Source: an uncultured Anaerolineae bacterium (GTDB lineage: Bacteria > Chloroflexota > Anaerolineae > JAADDB01). Taken from it: a DNA stretch of 64,000 nucleotides. The position numbers and the translations under genes were made by a program. Positions 45,394 to 54,934 of the stretch are shown here, one piece after another. Within the stretch, counting starts at the first letter, position 1; every line of letters starts with the position of its first letter. The stretch lies in assembly GCA_964413905.1 (NCBI GenBank), contig CAYPUG010000001.1, positions 6,962 through 70,961 of the forward strand, read 5' to 3'. The notes under the pieces were generated by a model. The model ran no database searches and had not been told where the DNA came from. It saw only the letters and a list, made by a program, of their open reading frames with translations.

Positions 45394-46482
45394 ATGGCAC
45401 ATCATTCAGAAAGACCCTTACCCGCCACCTTTACTCCAAACAATGAATCTGTAAAGAGGGTGGGTAAGGGTCCCTTTACACATATCCCCTTTCTTCTCCT
45501 CCTCTCCGGATTCTTCACAGCCATCCTGCTGAACGGCTGTCATCATGTCACCACACTCGTGCCTCCTACACCGTCCCTTTCCCCTACCGCGACCTGGACA
45601 CTGCCCCCCACCCCGCTTCGCTTGACCGAACGCGAAAAAGAATGCCAACGTCCGTGGCTAAACACCCAACACTTGGAGACCACGCCGTCCCCCTCCCTCA
45701 CACCATCGCCCACATCTACACCCACACCCAGCCCATCCGCTACAGCGACCGCGACGCCTACTCCCGGTCCCACACCGGACGGCATTCACCGCACCGCGCG
45801 CGTGCCCATCCTCATGTACCATCACATCGCCGTCCCTCCACCGGACGCAGACCCCATCCGTTACGATCTTTCCGTCCCACCCGACCGCTTTGAAGCCCAC
45901 CTAAAATACCTGAAAGAGGAAGGCTATACCTCCATCACCCTGGACGCGTTGGTATATCACCTCACCCGGGGATGGCCGCTGCCCGAGAAACCCATCATCC
46001 TCACGTTCGATGACGGCTATGTGGACAACTACGAAAACGCGTTTCCCCTCTTACAAAAATACGGATTCATCGCCGCGTTCTTCATCATTACCGATGTGGT
46101 AAATCACCAAACGCCCGGGTACATGACCTGGGATATGGTCAGGGAAATGCGGGCCGCGGGCATGGAATTTGGTGCGCATGGCCGCACTCACATCGATCTC
46201 GCCCAGGCGGACATGGACCAACTGGTGTGGCAAGCGCTAGGATCCACCGAAGTCTTCCAAGTGGAACTGGGAGAGCCCGCACGGTACATCGCCTACCCTT
46301 CCGGCAAATATGACAACGACGTCATAGCGGTGTATCATTCAGCCCACTACTGGGCCGGATTGACCACCCAATTCGGGGTGATACAGGACAGCGAACACCT
46401 CTTTGAATTGAAACGCCTACGTATTCACCACGACACCACCGTAGCCCAATTAAACGCTCTACTTCAAATCCGCACCCCGTAA
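45394..46482 (+). CDS. Polysaccharide deacetylase (NodB homology domain) with an N-terminal TM helix and a Pro/Thr-rich linker
   Basis: NodB motifs TFDDGY and HGRTH. Confidence 0.75.
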   Translation: MAHHSERPLPATFTPNNESVKRVGKGPFTHIPFLLLLSGFFTAILLNGCHHVTTLVPPTPSLSPTATWTLPPTPLRLTEREKECQRPWLNTQHLETTPSPSLTPSPTSTPTPSPSATATATPTPGPTPDGIHRTARVPILMYHHIAVPPPDADPIRYDLSVPPDRFEAHLKYLKEEGYTSITLDALVYHLTRGWPLPEKPIILTFDDGYVDNYENAFPLLQKYGFIAAFFIITDVVNHQTPGYMTWDMVREMRAAGMEFGAHGRTHIDLAQADMDQLVWQALGSTEVFQVELGEPARYIAYPSGKYDNDVIAVYHSAHYWAGLTTQFGVIQDSEHLFELKRLRIHHDTTVAQLNALLQIRTP

Positions 46483-46571
46483 GGGAGGTCGCAAAGGGAA
46501 GAAGTGCGATAAAGACGAAACCCGACATATCTGCCCATCGGGGCACCGAAAAGAAAACAGAGGAGGATTCT

Positions 46572-47789
46572 ATGAACCGCAAAGTCATTTGGCCAATCGT
46601 CACTCTCAGCATAATGATAATCATCCTCAGCGCATGTGGTGGCACGAAAAAGACCCCCACCGCAACGTCTGTACCGGTTACACCGGAAACACACGCCATG
46701 GCCACAACTCCACCCCCCCCGACACCTGTGCCCCCATCACCCACCAAAGCCAAACCCACCGTGGCCCCTGTGGCGACCAAAGTGGAAAAACCGGCTCCCA
46801 CCCCCATCCCCACAGAAACATCTCCGCAGGCCGAAGAGGAACAAGAGGAGACGCTCACCTTCACAACGCCTGACGAACTTCAAGACATCCAATCCTATCG
46901 GATGCGCATCCTGTATCGGACGACGTATAAAGGTGAAACCATCGATGTACTGAAATACCTCATCGAAGCCGTTAAGAATCCACCGGCCAAACATATGATT
47001 ATGGAGTACATCGAAGAACCCCCCGCGGCCAACCAGAAGCCCATGCCACAAAAACTGGAAATTGTCCAGAAGGAAAACAAAATTTGGTTCAAGATGGGGG
47101 ACACCTGGATCTCCGGACAGGCCCCAGAACAGCAGAATAACATTCAGTACGGAGAGGAAATCCGCTTTTACACATCAACGGAACTGGGCACCGGTTGGAA
47201 AAAAGTAGGCACCGAAGAGATCAACGGATTCAAAACCGTCCATTACCGTAATGAAAACGTGCCTTATGAAGCAGAGGTCTCTCCCTTCTTCCCCTGGTAC
47301 AACTGGTTTGCTTCGCCGGGAGAACAACCCAAAGTGACCGTGAAACGCATCACGGCCGATGTCTACATCTCCGATAAAAATTTTGCAGTAAAAGAAATCA
47401 TTCACTGGGATGTGGATTTGGAACACGGAGGCAAAACAGAACATGCCCAAACCGAACTCATCACCGAAATCCTGGAGTTGAACCCGGACATCACCATCAA
47501 CATTCCGGAAGAAAAAGCCGGGCAGAATGCCCCCATTCCTTTACCTGGAGAACCCACATCGGTCATGGCGACTCAAGGCATGTGGATCTACGCCATCCCG
47601 GGGACCACCGTTGAAAACGTAGTCGCGTACTTCAACACCGAACTTCCCAAACAAGGGTACAACGTCCAATCGAATCCTATGATGCCGGGCATGCTCACCA
47701 TGACCACACCGGAGGGCAAAACGTACACGGTCACCGTTACCGAAGAAGGCAACAACGTCCACGTCATGATCCAGGGTCAAACCCCGTGA
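46572..47789 (+). CDS. Lipoprotein of unknown function with a Pro/Thr-rich linker
   Basis: Lipobox LSAC. The stop lies 3 bp before rqcH. Confidence 0.6.
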   Translation: MNRKVIWPIVTLSIMIIILSACGGTKKTPTATSVPVTPETHAMATTPPPPTPVPPSPTKAKPTVAPVATKVEKPAPTPIPTETSPQAEEEQEETLTFTTPDELQDIQSYRMRILYRTTYKGETIDVLKYLIEAVKNPPAKHMIMEYIEEPPAANQKPMPQKLEIVQKENKIWFKMGDTWISGQAPEQQNNIQYGEEIRFYTSTELGTGWKKVGTEEINGFKTVHYRNENVPYEAEVSPFFPWYNWFASPGEQPKVTVKRITADVYISDKNFAVKEIIHWDVDLEHGGKTEHAQTELITEILELNPDITINIPEEKAGQNAPIPLPGEPTSVMATQGMWIYAIPGTTVENVVAYFNTELPKQGYNVQSNPMMPGMLTMTTPEGKTYTVTVTEEGNNVHVMIQGQTP

Positions 47790-47792
47790 CGG

Positions 47793-49532
47793 GTGTGGGG
47801 GAAAATCACGCCGATGAAACCTATATTCACCTTTGACGCCTGGGTCACCGCGGCCATAGCCGACGAAATAAGGCAAACGTGTTTGCCCGGACGAGTACAA
47901 GAGATCATCCAGCCGGACGAATACACTTACGCGCTGGAAATCTATGCACGCCGACAGCGTCACCACCTTATCATCTCCGCGCATCCCCAACTCGCCCGCA
48001 CGCACCTCGCCCGGCAAAAACCCCGACGCGGCCTGATGACCCCGACCCCCCTTCTCCTGCTCATGCGCAAGTGGCTGCGAGGAGCGCACGTGGAGCGCGT
48101 AGAACAGACACCCTTTGAGCGGATACTCACCTTCACCTTTGATCATCCCGAGCAAGGCACTTCTTCCCTCGTCGCCGAAATCATGGGCCGATACGCGAAC
48201 ATCCTCCTCCTCAACGCGGAAGGTCGCATCCTCCATGCGGTGAAGATCGTCGGGCCGGACCGCAATCCCGTGCGCACCACTCGGCCCGGCGATCTGTATC
48301 GGCCGCCCCCGCCCCAGGACAAACTCCTGCCCATCGCGATGACGGAAAAACACTTGCGTCACTGGCTGGCCGAAGCTCCGGCCCACCATCCTGTCTGGCG
48401 CCTCCTCGTCGGGCACATAGCAGGTATCAGTCCGCTGCTGGCCCGGGAAATCACCTACCGCGCCCTAGGAGATCCACTGGCGGTGGCCGAAGATGCACGT
48501 ACACAAGGGCCATCACGACTGCTCACCGCTCTCGCCATCTTCCTCAATCAATTGGCCACCTCGGCCTGGGAACCCAGCATCGTGCGTGAAGAGGATAGAG
48601 TCATCGCTTTCGCCCCTTACCAACTAACCCATCTGGGCTCGCCAGAACCGGTGAACACCCTCAGCGAAGCGATTGAACAATGGCTCGAAAGTCACGGTCA
48701 GGCCGATCCTTACGCAGGTCAGAGGGAACGCGTCCGGCGTATATTGGAGGACGCAATATCCCAAGTCACCCACCGCATTGAAGCCCTCGAACGAGAACTG
48801 ACCGAAGCACAGAATCCAGAGGAGTGGAAGCGCAAGGCAGATTGGCTCCTTACTTACGCGTACCAAATTCCCGAAGGCGCGTCCGAAGTGACCCTAGAAA
48901 CCGACAACGGTCCTTTGACCCTCTCCCTGGATCCTGCGCTCACCCCGGTGGAAAACGCGCAGAAGTTCTACCGACGGTATCAAAAAGCCAAACGAGCCCA
49001 GAAGGAGATCCCGGCACGACTGGAAGAGGCGCGCCACACCCTCGAATTCCTAAGACAACTGACAACAGACCTCACGCTTGCCCAGGACGCCTCGGAAATC
49101 GCAGAGGTGGAACGGGCCTTGGTGGACGCCGGATTTGCCCGCCGGGACCGGAAACGAGTTCCGCCTCCCCCGGCCAAACCGTACACCTTTACCACGCCCG
49201 AAGGGTTCACCGTCCTGGTGGGGCGCAGTGCGCGACTGAACGATGAGATCACCTTCCGGCGGGCCGCGCCGGACGACCTGTGGTTCCATGCCCGTAATGT
49301 GCCCGGCGCCCATGTTGTACTGCGCAGCGGCGGCCGCCCTATCTCCCAGGAAACGTTGCGCCGAGTCGCGGCCCTGGCTGCATACTATTCTGCGGCCCGG
49401 GAAAACACCACGGTAGATGTGCAGATTGCACGAGTACGTGACATACGCCGCCATCCTTCCGGACGCCCGGGCCAAGTGCTCTTACGACGGGAAAACGTCA
49501 TCCGTGTAACACCTGCGCCTTGGGAGGAGTAA
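47793..49532 (+). CDS. rqcH: Ribosome quality-control protein RqcH (NFACT family, Rqc2/FbpA homolog)
   Basis: NFACT-N domain, coiled-coil middle and a C-terminal NFACT-R (FHARNVPGAHVVLR). Confidence 0.75.
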   Translation: MWGKITPMKPIFTFDAWVTAAIADEIRQTCLPGRVQEIIQPDEYTYALEIYARRQRHHLIISAHPQLARTHLARQKPRRGLMTPTPLLLLMRKWLRGAHVERVEQTPFERILTFTFDHPEQGTSSLVAEIMGRYANILLLNAEGRILHAVKIVGPDRNPVRTTRPGDLYRPPPPQDKLLPIAMTEKHLRHWLAEAPAHHPVWRLLVGHIAGISPLLAREITYRALGDPLAVAEDARTQGPSRLLTALAIFLNQLATSAWEPSIVREEDRVIAFAPYQLTHLGSPEPVNTLSEAIEQWLESHGQADPYAGQRERVRRILEDAISQVTHRIEALERELTEAQNPEEWKRKADWLLTYAYQIPEGASEVTLETDNGPLTLSLDPALTPVENAQKFYRRYQKAKRAQKEIPARLEEARHTLEFLRQLTTDLTLAQDASEIAEVERALVDAGFARRDRKRVPPPPAKPYTFTTPEGFTVLVGRSARLNDEITFRRAAPDDLWFHARNVPGAHVVLRSGGRPISQETLRRVAALAAYYSAARENTTVDVQIARVRDIRRHPSGRPGQVLLRRENVIRVTPAPWEE

Positions 49533-49536
49533 CTCT

Positions 49537-50607
49537 GTGGCGGAAGATGTCGTCATTGTCCACGAACGTGAGGATTGGAACCGTGGGTTGGCTTCCCTGC
49601 CCACTCCGCATGTGCTCCAAACATGGGAATGGGGGCAGGTGAAAAGGCAGACAGGATGGCATCCTCTTCCCCTACGGCTGCAAACAAGCAACCGCATTCA
49701 GGGGCAGGCCTTAATCCTCCGGCGCCGGTTACCCGCCTTGCCCTGGGCGTTGGGATATGTGCCTAAGGGCCCTATCGTGGACTGGTCCGACCCGGACGCG
49801 GTGGAAGCCATGCTGGCCATGCTGGAACGCACCGCTCGTCAACAACGTTTACTCTTCCTCAAAATCGACCCCGACGTAGACCCGAACACACCGACCGGAC
49901 AGGCGATTATTCAGCGGCTAACATCCCGCGGATGGCGCCCGTCACCGCAAGCTATCCAGTTCCGAAACACGGTGCTGGTAGATCTGCGAGGCACCGAAGA
50001 GGAACTCTTGGCGCGTATGAAATCCAAGTGGCGCTACAACATTCGCCTGGCGCGACGACGGGGCGTACGTGTGCGAGAGGGAACAGTGGCAGATCTGCCG
50101 CGATTCTATGCTCTGTACGAAGAGACGGCCCGGCGGGACGCGTTCCTCATCCGCCCGTACGCGTACTACGAACACACCTGGCGCACGTTCATGTCCAGTG
50201 AGATGGCCGTTCTCCTCCTCGCCGAGTGGGAAGGCACGACGATCGCCGGCCTCATGCTCTTCCTATTTGGCTCACGCGCCTGGTACATGTACGGTGCGTC
50301 CGCAAGCGGAGAGGTGCGTAAACACATGCCGAACCACCTGCTCCAATGGGAAGCCATGCGCACCGCCCGGGCTCGAGGGTGCTCCGTGTACGATATGTGG
50401 GGAGCGCCTGACGTGTTGGATGAACGTGATCCCATGTGGGGTGTATATCGTTTCAAAATGGGATTCGGCGGCACATTTCAACGTTGGATCGGCGCGTGGG
50501 ATTTCCCTGTCTACCCGAGAGCATATCACATTTATGTGTCCACCCTCCCCCGGGTGATGCACACACTCTCCCGTGCACTGACGCGGTTGCGCGCTTGGCG
50601 GTTATGA
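49537..50607 (+). CDS. FemAB-family aminoacyl-tRNA-dependent peptidyl/aminoacyl transferase
   Basis: FemAB/GNAT-fold pair with ALYEETARRDAF ... LFLFGSRAWYMYGAS. Confidence 0.65.
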   Translation: MAEDVVIVHEREDWNRGLASLPTPHVLQTWEWGQVKRQTGWHPLPLRLQTSNRIQGQALILRRRLPALPWALGYVPKGPIVDWSDPDAVEAMLAMLERTARQQRLLFLKIDPDVDPNTPTGQAIIQRLTSRGWRPSPQAIQFRNTVLVDLRGTEEELLARMKSKWRYNIRLARRRGVRVREGTVADLPRFYALYEETARRDAFLIRPYAYYEHTWRTFMSSEMAVLLLAEWEGTTIAGLMLFLFGSRAWYMYGASASGEVRKHMPNHLLQWEAMRTARARGCSVYDMWGAPDVLDERDPMWGVYRFKMGFGGTFQRWIGAWDFPVYPRAYHIYVSTLPRVMHTLSRALTRLRAWRL

Positions 50608-51180
50608 CCGGCTACGCTGCCACGCGATCACCATGCGCTGTACGGCCGTCAAATTCGTCAGTGGAGCCAGAATCCACAGGGTCCATTCGACTCGGTTAAA
50701 CAGCAGACCTAAAATTAGGATGGCCAACCGCTCAAAGCGGGTGAGCAAACCCTCCCGCACAGGAATATTTACCGACTCCGCTTTGGCCCGCGCGTAGGAG
50801 ATAATCAGAGAACCAACGATTGTCAAGTAAATAAGCAGAATAGGGATTTCCTGATGATGGCGAGTATAGTACACCAACAGGCCAAAGTATAGAATCCCCT
50901 CCGCATACCGATCCAACGTCGCGTCCAAAAACGCGCCAAAAGGCGTCACTTGATCACTCATACGTGCCAACGTACCGTCCACCGCATCAAACCAGACGGT
51001 AAGAAGTAACAGAAGGCCTGCCAGTTGAAAATAGCCCAAGACGATCACCACAGATACACTGGCAACCACCCAGAACGCGCCGAACGTCAACATGTTCGGC
51101 GTCACGTGAAATTTAAGGAAAATTCGTGCCGTACCTTGCAAAAAACCGGTTGCCCATCGTCGGGCCGCATCACTGAACAT
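50602..51180 (-). CDS. CDP-alcohol phosphatidyltransferase family protein
   Basis: DG(x)2AR ... G(x)3D(x)3D motif (AVDGTLARM ... GAFLDATLDRYAEG). Confidence 0.75.
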   Translation of the reverse strand: MFSDAARRWATGFLQGTARIFLKFHVTPNMLTFGAFWVVASVSVVIVLGYFQLAGLLLLLTVWFDAVDGTLARMSDQVTPFGAFLDATLDRYAEGILYFGLLVYYTRHHQEIPILLIYLTIVGSLIISYARAKAESVNIPVREGLLTRFERLAILILGLLFNRVEWTLWILAPLTNLTAVQRMVIAWQRSRS

Positions 51181-51226
51181 ACGTCTATCCCCCTCGTCGT
51201 GTTGAAAAACAAATCCAACAGTCGGG

Positions 51227-52340
51227 CTACGATGTGCTCTCCTCCGCCCCCACCTGACTTTTTAGATAAGCCTCAATAAACGGATCCAGGTCACCGTCCA
51301 ATACCGCCTGCACATTCCCCGTCTCATAGCCGGTGCGCAAGTCTTTCACCATCTGGTAAGGCTGCAACACGTAGGACCGAATTTGGTTGCCCCAGCCCGC
51401 TTCCACGTGTTTTCCTTTAAGTCGGGCCATCTCCTGTTCACGCTTCTCCAGTTCCAGCGCGTACAAGCGGGCCCGCAAGATGCGCATGGCCATTTCCCGA
51501 TTTTGATGCTGGCTGCGCTCGTTCTGGCACTGAACCACAATGCCCGTGGGGAGATGCACAATGCGCACCGCGGTCGCGTTTTTCTGGACGTGCTGGCCTC
51601 CGGCCCCCGCGGACTTGTACACATCAATGCGCAGGTCGTTTGGGTTAATCTCAACCTCGATATCGTCTTCGATGAGAGGCATCACCTCTACCAGAGCAAA
51701 GGAGGTGTGCCGCCGCGCGGACGCATCAAAGGGAGAAATGCGTACCAACCGGTGCACACCCTTCTCCGCTTTCAAGTATCCGTACGCGTACGGACCCCGT
51801 ACCGTCATGGTCACACTTTTGATCCCGGCCTCTTCACCGGGGGTCATATCGGTGATCTCCACCTCATACCCTTTCCGTTCGGCCCAGCGGGTATACATTC
51901 GCAGGAGCATTTCCGCCCAATCCTGGGCTTCGGTGCCTCCGGCCCCCGCGTGAATGGAAAGGACCGCGTCTCCCTTATCATGGGGCCCGGAAAGGGCCAA
52001 CTCGAACTCATGCCGTTCGACTTCCTGCGCCAAGGCCGTGGTCTCTTCTTCGATAACGGCCAGCGTTTCCTCGTCCTCTTCCGCCTCGGCCATGTCCAGC
52101 AGGTCGAGAGCATCCTGGACATGCTGGGCGAATTCATCCCACATTTTCACTTGGGTGCGCAGAGCAGCCGCCTCCTGGGACAGGCGTCGCGCTTCCTCCG
52201 GATCGTCCCAGAAGGAGGGGGAACCCATCGCAATCTCTATATCCTGCAGGCGTCGCTTCTTGCCAGGGATGTCAAAGACGCCTCCGTATATCTTCGATGT
52301 GTTGCTGTAATTGTACAAGTCGCTCACGTAGTTCGTTCAT
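51227..52340 (-). CDS. prfB: Peptide chain release factor 2, requiring a programmed +1 ribosomal frameshift at CUU_UGA_C (52271-52277)
   Basis: Frame 0 encodes MNELRERLVQLQQHIEDIRRRL and then TGA, with an internal Shine-Dalgarno-like GGAGG 3 nt upstream of CTT. The +1 frame continues DIPGKKRRL ... and includes SPQG and GGQHVQ motifs. Confidence 0.85.
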
Positions 52341-52342
52341 GT

Positions 52343-53299
52343 TCACCTCCCATGCTCCTGAAACAATCCGTCCACAAAGGCTACCGGGTCGAACTCCGCA
52401 AAATCTTCCACCGTCTCACCGGTTCCCACCCAACGCACCGGCACTCCTAACTCCCGTTGAATGGCAAACACCATGCCGCCTTTGGCCGTACCGTCCAGTT
52501 TTGTCAAAATCACACCGGTGATGTCTACAGCTTCCTTGAACTTCTTGGCCTGGATAATCGCATTCTGACCGGTGGTTGCGTCCAGAACCAGGTACGTCTC
52601 ATGGGGAGCCCGATGCACCTGACGAGCACAGATGTTGCGGATTTTGGCTAACTCCTTCATCAAATTGTACTTTGTATGTAGTCGCCCCGCAGTGTCAATA
52701 ATCAATACATCCGCCTGCCGCGACTCTTGAGCCGCGCGAATGGCATCGTACACCACCGCACCTGGGTCACTGCCCGGCTGATGGGAAATCACTTCCACAC
52801 CAATGCGGTCCCCCCACATGCGTAACTGGTCAATCGCTGCAGCCCGATACGTATCTGCCGCGGCCAGTAGGACCTTCTTCCCCTGCTGCTTTAAATGATA
52901 CGCCAATTTTGCAATACTGGTTGTCTTACCGGAGCCGTTCACCCCCACCACAAGAACTACCGTGAGCAAGCGCGGTTGATCCAACGCGGGCGGAGGGGCC
53001 TCTGCCAGGAGAGCGATCATCTCCTCCTTGAGCAGATTGTAAGCATCCGCCGCCCGTCTGATACCGGCTTGACGCACCCGCTCTTTGAACCGTTCGAGGA
53101 GATAAAAGGTCGTATCCACGCCTACATCGGCCTGGATGAGAAGCGCTTCCAAGTCCTCCCAGAATTCATCATCCAGTTCATTGGCTTGAAACAGCGTTGC
53201 GATTTGTCCAAAAACCCCGCGTCGCGTCTTGGAGAGGCTGCGTTCCAGTTTTTCTTGGTCCTCTTTAGGCGCCCGCTTAAATAATTTTCCAAGTACCAC
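52343..53299 (-). CDS. ftsY: Signal recognition particle receptor FtsY (GTG start)
   Basis: NG domain with [15 protein letters not shown] and TKLD motifs. Its TGA stop lies within the prfB Shine-Dalgarno (GGGAGGTGA). Confidence 0.85.
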   Translation of the reverse strand: MVLGKLFKRAPKEDQEKLERSLSKTRRGVFGQIATLFQANELDDEFWEDLEALLIQADVGVDTTFYLLERFKERVRQAGIRRAADAYNLLKEEMIALLAEAPPPALDQPRLLTVVLVVGVNGSGKTTSIAKLAYHLKQQGKKVLLAAADTYRAAAIDQLRMWGDRIGVEVISHQPGSDPGAVVYDAIRAAQESRQADVLIIDTAGRLHTKYNLMKELAKIRNICARQVHRAPHETYLVLDATTGQNAIIQAKKFKEAVDITGVILTKLDGTAKGGMVFAIQRELGVPVRWVGTGETVEDFAEFDPVAFVDGLFQEHGR

Positions 53300-53385
53300 C
53301 GTTCCCTCCTCACCGCCGTTCACACATCTGCATGCCCACGGATAGGCGAAGAACGTGCCTTCGTCTACCCGTTCCAACCTCCATT

Positions 53386-54825
53386 TTACTTTTTACATCG
53401 ATCCTCGATAATGCCCTTCGTCAAATAGTTTTTCACCATGACATAGGGAGCCCGCACACGCCATTCCCCTAAAGGACTGGGCTCAACAATGGACCACCAC
53501 CACTGTTCGTCATCAGGCGTCCACTCTAACTTGGGCATATAGATGAGCGTCATCACCCCGATCCAGGGACGCCAATGATGTTTGGCCCACTCGAACGCGC
53601 GCACAATGTAACACCCTTGGACAAAGAAATCAATACCTGCCCCTGCGCCGTGCCAGTAATAGGGCGAATCGGGCCGGTTGTCGGTCGTCCAACCGAACTC
53701 CAAAATAACCACCCTTTTGTCCTCATCCCCGTTCTCCACCATGATACGACGGATGTCCTCTACATGTCGGAAAGTGAAGAAGCGTTCGCCTCCGTACTTG
53801 GCCTTGTTCGCCGCGGCTTCTTCAGGACTGACTTCGGGGGGCGCCGCGAACCCCGCGCCGTGAACGCCCAGCATGTCAAAGTAGCCGTCACTGTTGCCCC
53901 CCATGGCCCGATACATCTCCCTGTAGAATTTTTCATCGGGCATGGCAATCTCATTATCCGTGCCTGTGGGAGCCATCCCTGCACTGATGACAATGGCGTT
54001 CGGATCGGCACTCTTGATGGCCGTGTACGCGGCCTTCAACATTTGCACGTACTCCGCGGGGTTCGGACGCTTGCCGCCCCACTCTCGCGCCAAGTTAGGT
54101 TCGTTCCATATCTGATAGGCGTGAATGCGGCCTCGATACCGGGACGCCATGGCGTGCAAAAAGTCGGCAAAATCGCGGATGTTCTGGGGCGGTGGGCCGG
54201 CCCACTTTACCCCCCCTTGAGGATCGGTACTCACCCGCGCGATCAACTTCAATCCCTTACTGTTGACCTGCTCAACCACTCGATCCGCTTGGGTCCAATT
54301 GAAATGCCCTTTTCCGGCCCCCTCAATATCCTCCCACGCGAACGTCTGTTTAACCCACCGGAAGCCCGCTTCCTTGATCTTGTTCAAATCCCGATCCGCG
54401 ACTTCCGGCCGCCACCACAAGAAGGCCTGGATGCCGTAATCGGGTGAGGACATGATGTCCATATAATCCGACGCGTGAACCGGTTCCGGAGTGGGCGTCG
54501 GCGGAACAGGTGTCGGCGTAAACGTCGGAGGTACCGGGGTGGCCGTCGGAGGGGGCAACGTCGGTGTGGCCGGTTCCCTTGTAGCCATAGGCTGAACGCC
54601 GGATTCCGTGGACTGGGCCGTAGGCTTGGAAGGGACCGGTGTGGCGGTAGCGATAATCAGCGTAGGCCGTACGGGCAACGGGGTTGGCGTGGACGTTGAC
54701 ATCCCCACAGGAGTGGGGGTCTTCGTGGGCGTAGGTGTGAAGGTAGGGGTGGGTGCAGCACACCCGGAGATCATCACCGCAAGGACGAGGACAATGGCAA
54801 GCCACAGAGCGTTCATACGACGCAT
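53386..54825 (-). CDS. Lipoprotein glycoside hydrolase (clan GH-A TIM barrel) with a Pro/Thr-rich linker
   Basis: Lipobox ISGC. Putative acid/base motif IWNEPN. GAAGGAGG Shine-Dalgarno. Confidence 0.65.
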   Translation of the reverse strand: MRRMNALWLAIVLVLAVMISGCAAPTPTFTPTPTKTPTPVGMSTSTPTPLPVRPTLIIATATPVPSKPTAQSTESGVQPMATREPATPTLPPPTATPVPPTFTPTPVPPTPTPEPVHASDYMDIMSSPDYGIQAFLWWRPEVADRDLNKIKEAGFRWVKQTFAWEDIEGAGKGHFNWTQADRVVEQVNSKGLKLIARVSTDPQGGVKWAGPPPQNIRDFADFLHAMASRYRGRIHAYQIWNEPNLAREWGGKRPNPAEYVQMLKAAYTAIKSADPNAIVISAGMAPTGTDNEIAMPDEKFYREMYRAMGGNSDGYFDMLGVHGAGFAAPPEVSPEEAAANKAKYGGERFFTFRHVEDIRRIMVENGDEDKRVVILEFGWTTDNRPDSPYYWHGAGAGIDFFVQGCYIVRAFEWAKHHWRPWIGVMTLIYMPKLEWTPDDEQWWWSIVEPSPLGEWRVRAPYVMVKNYLTKGIIEDRCKK

Positions 54826-54934
54826 AAAAACCTCCTTCGTTCTCTTCAACGTACTCACACGGAAGACGCGCACGTGCGCGGCGCTTTGACGTGTGAGACG
54901 CCAAACACGCCGCGCACGTTCCCCATTGACAACA

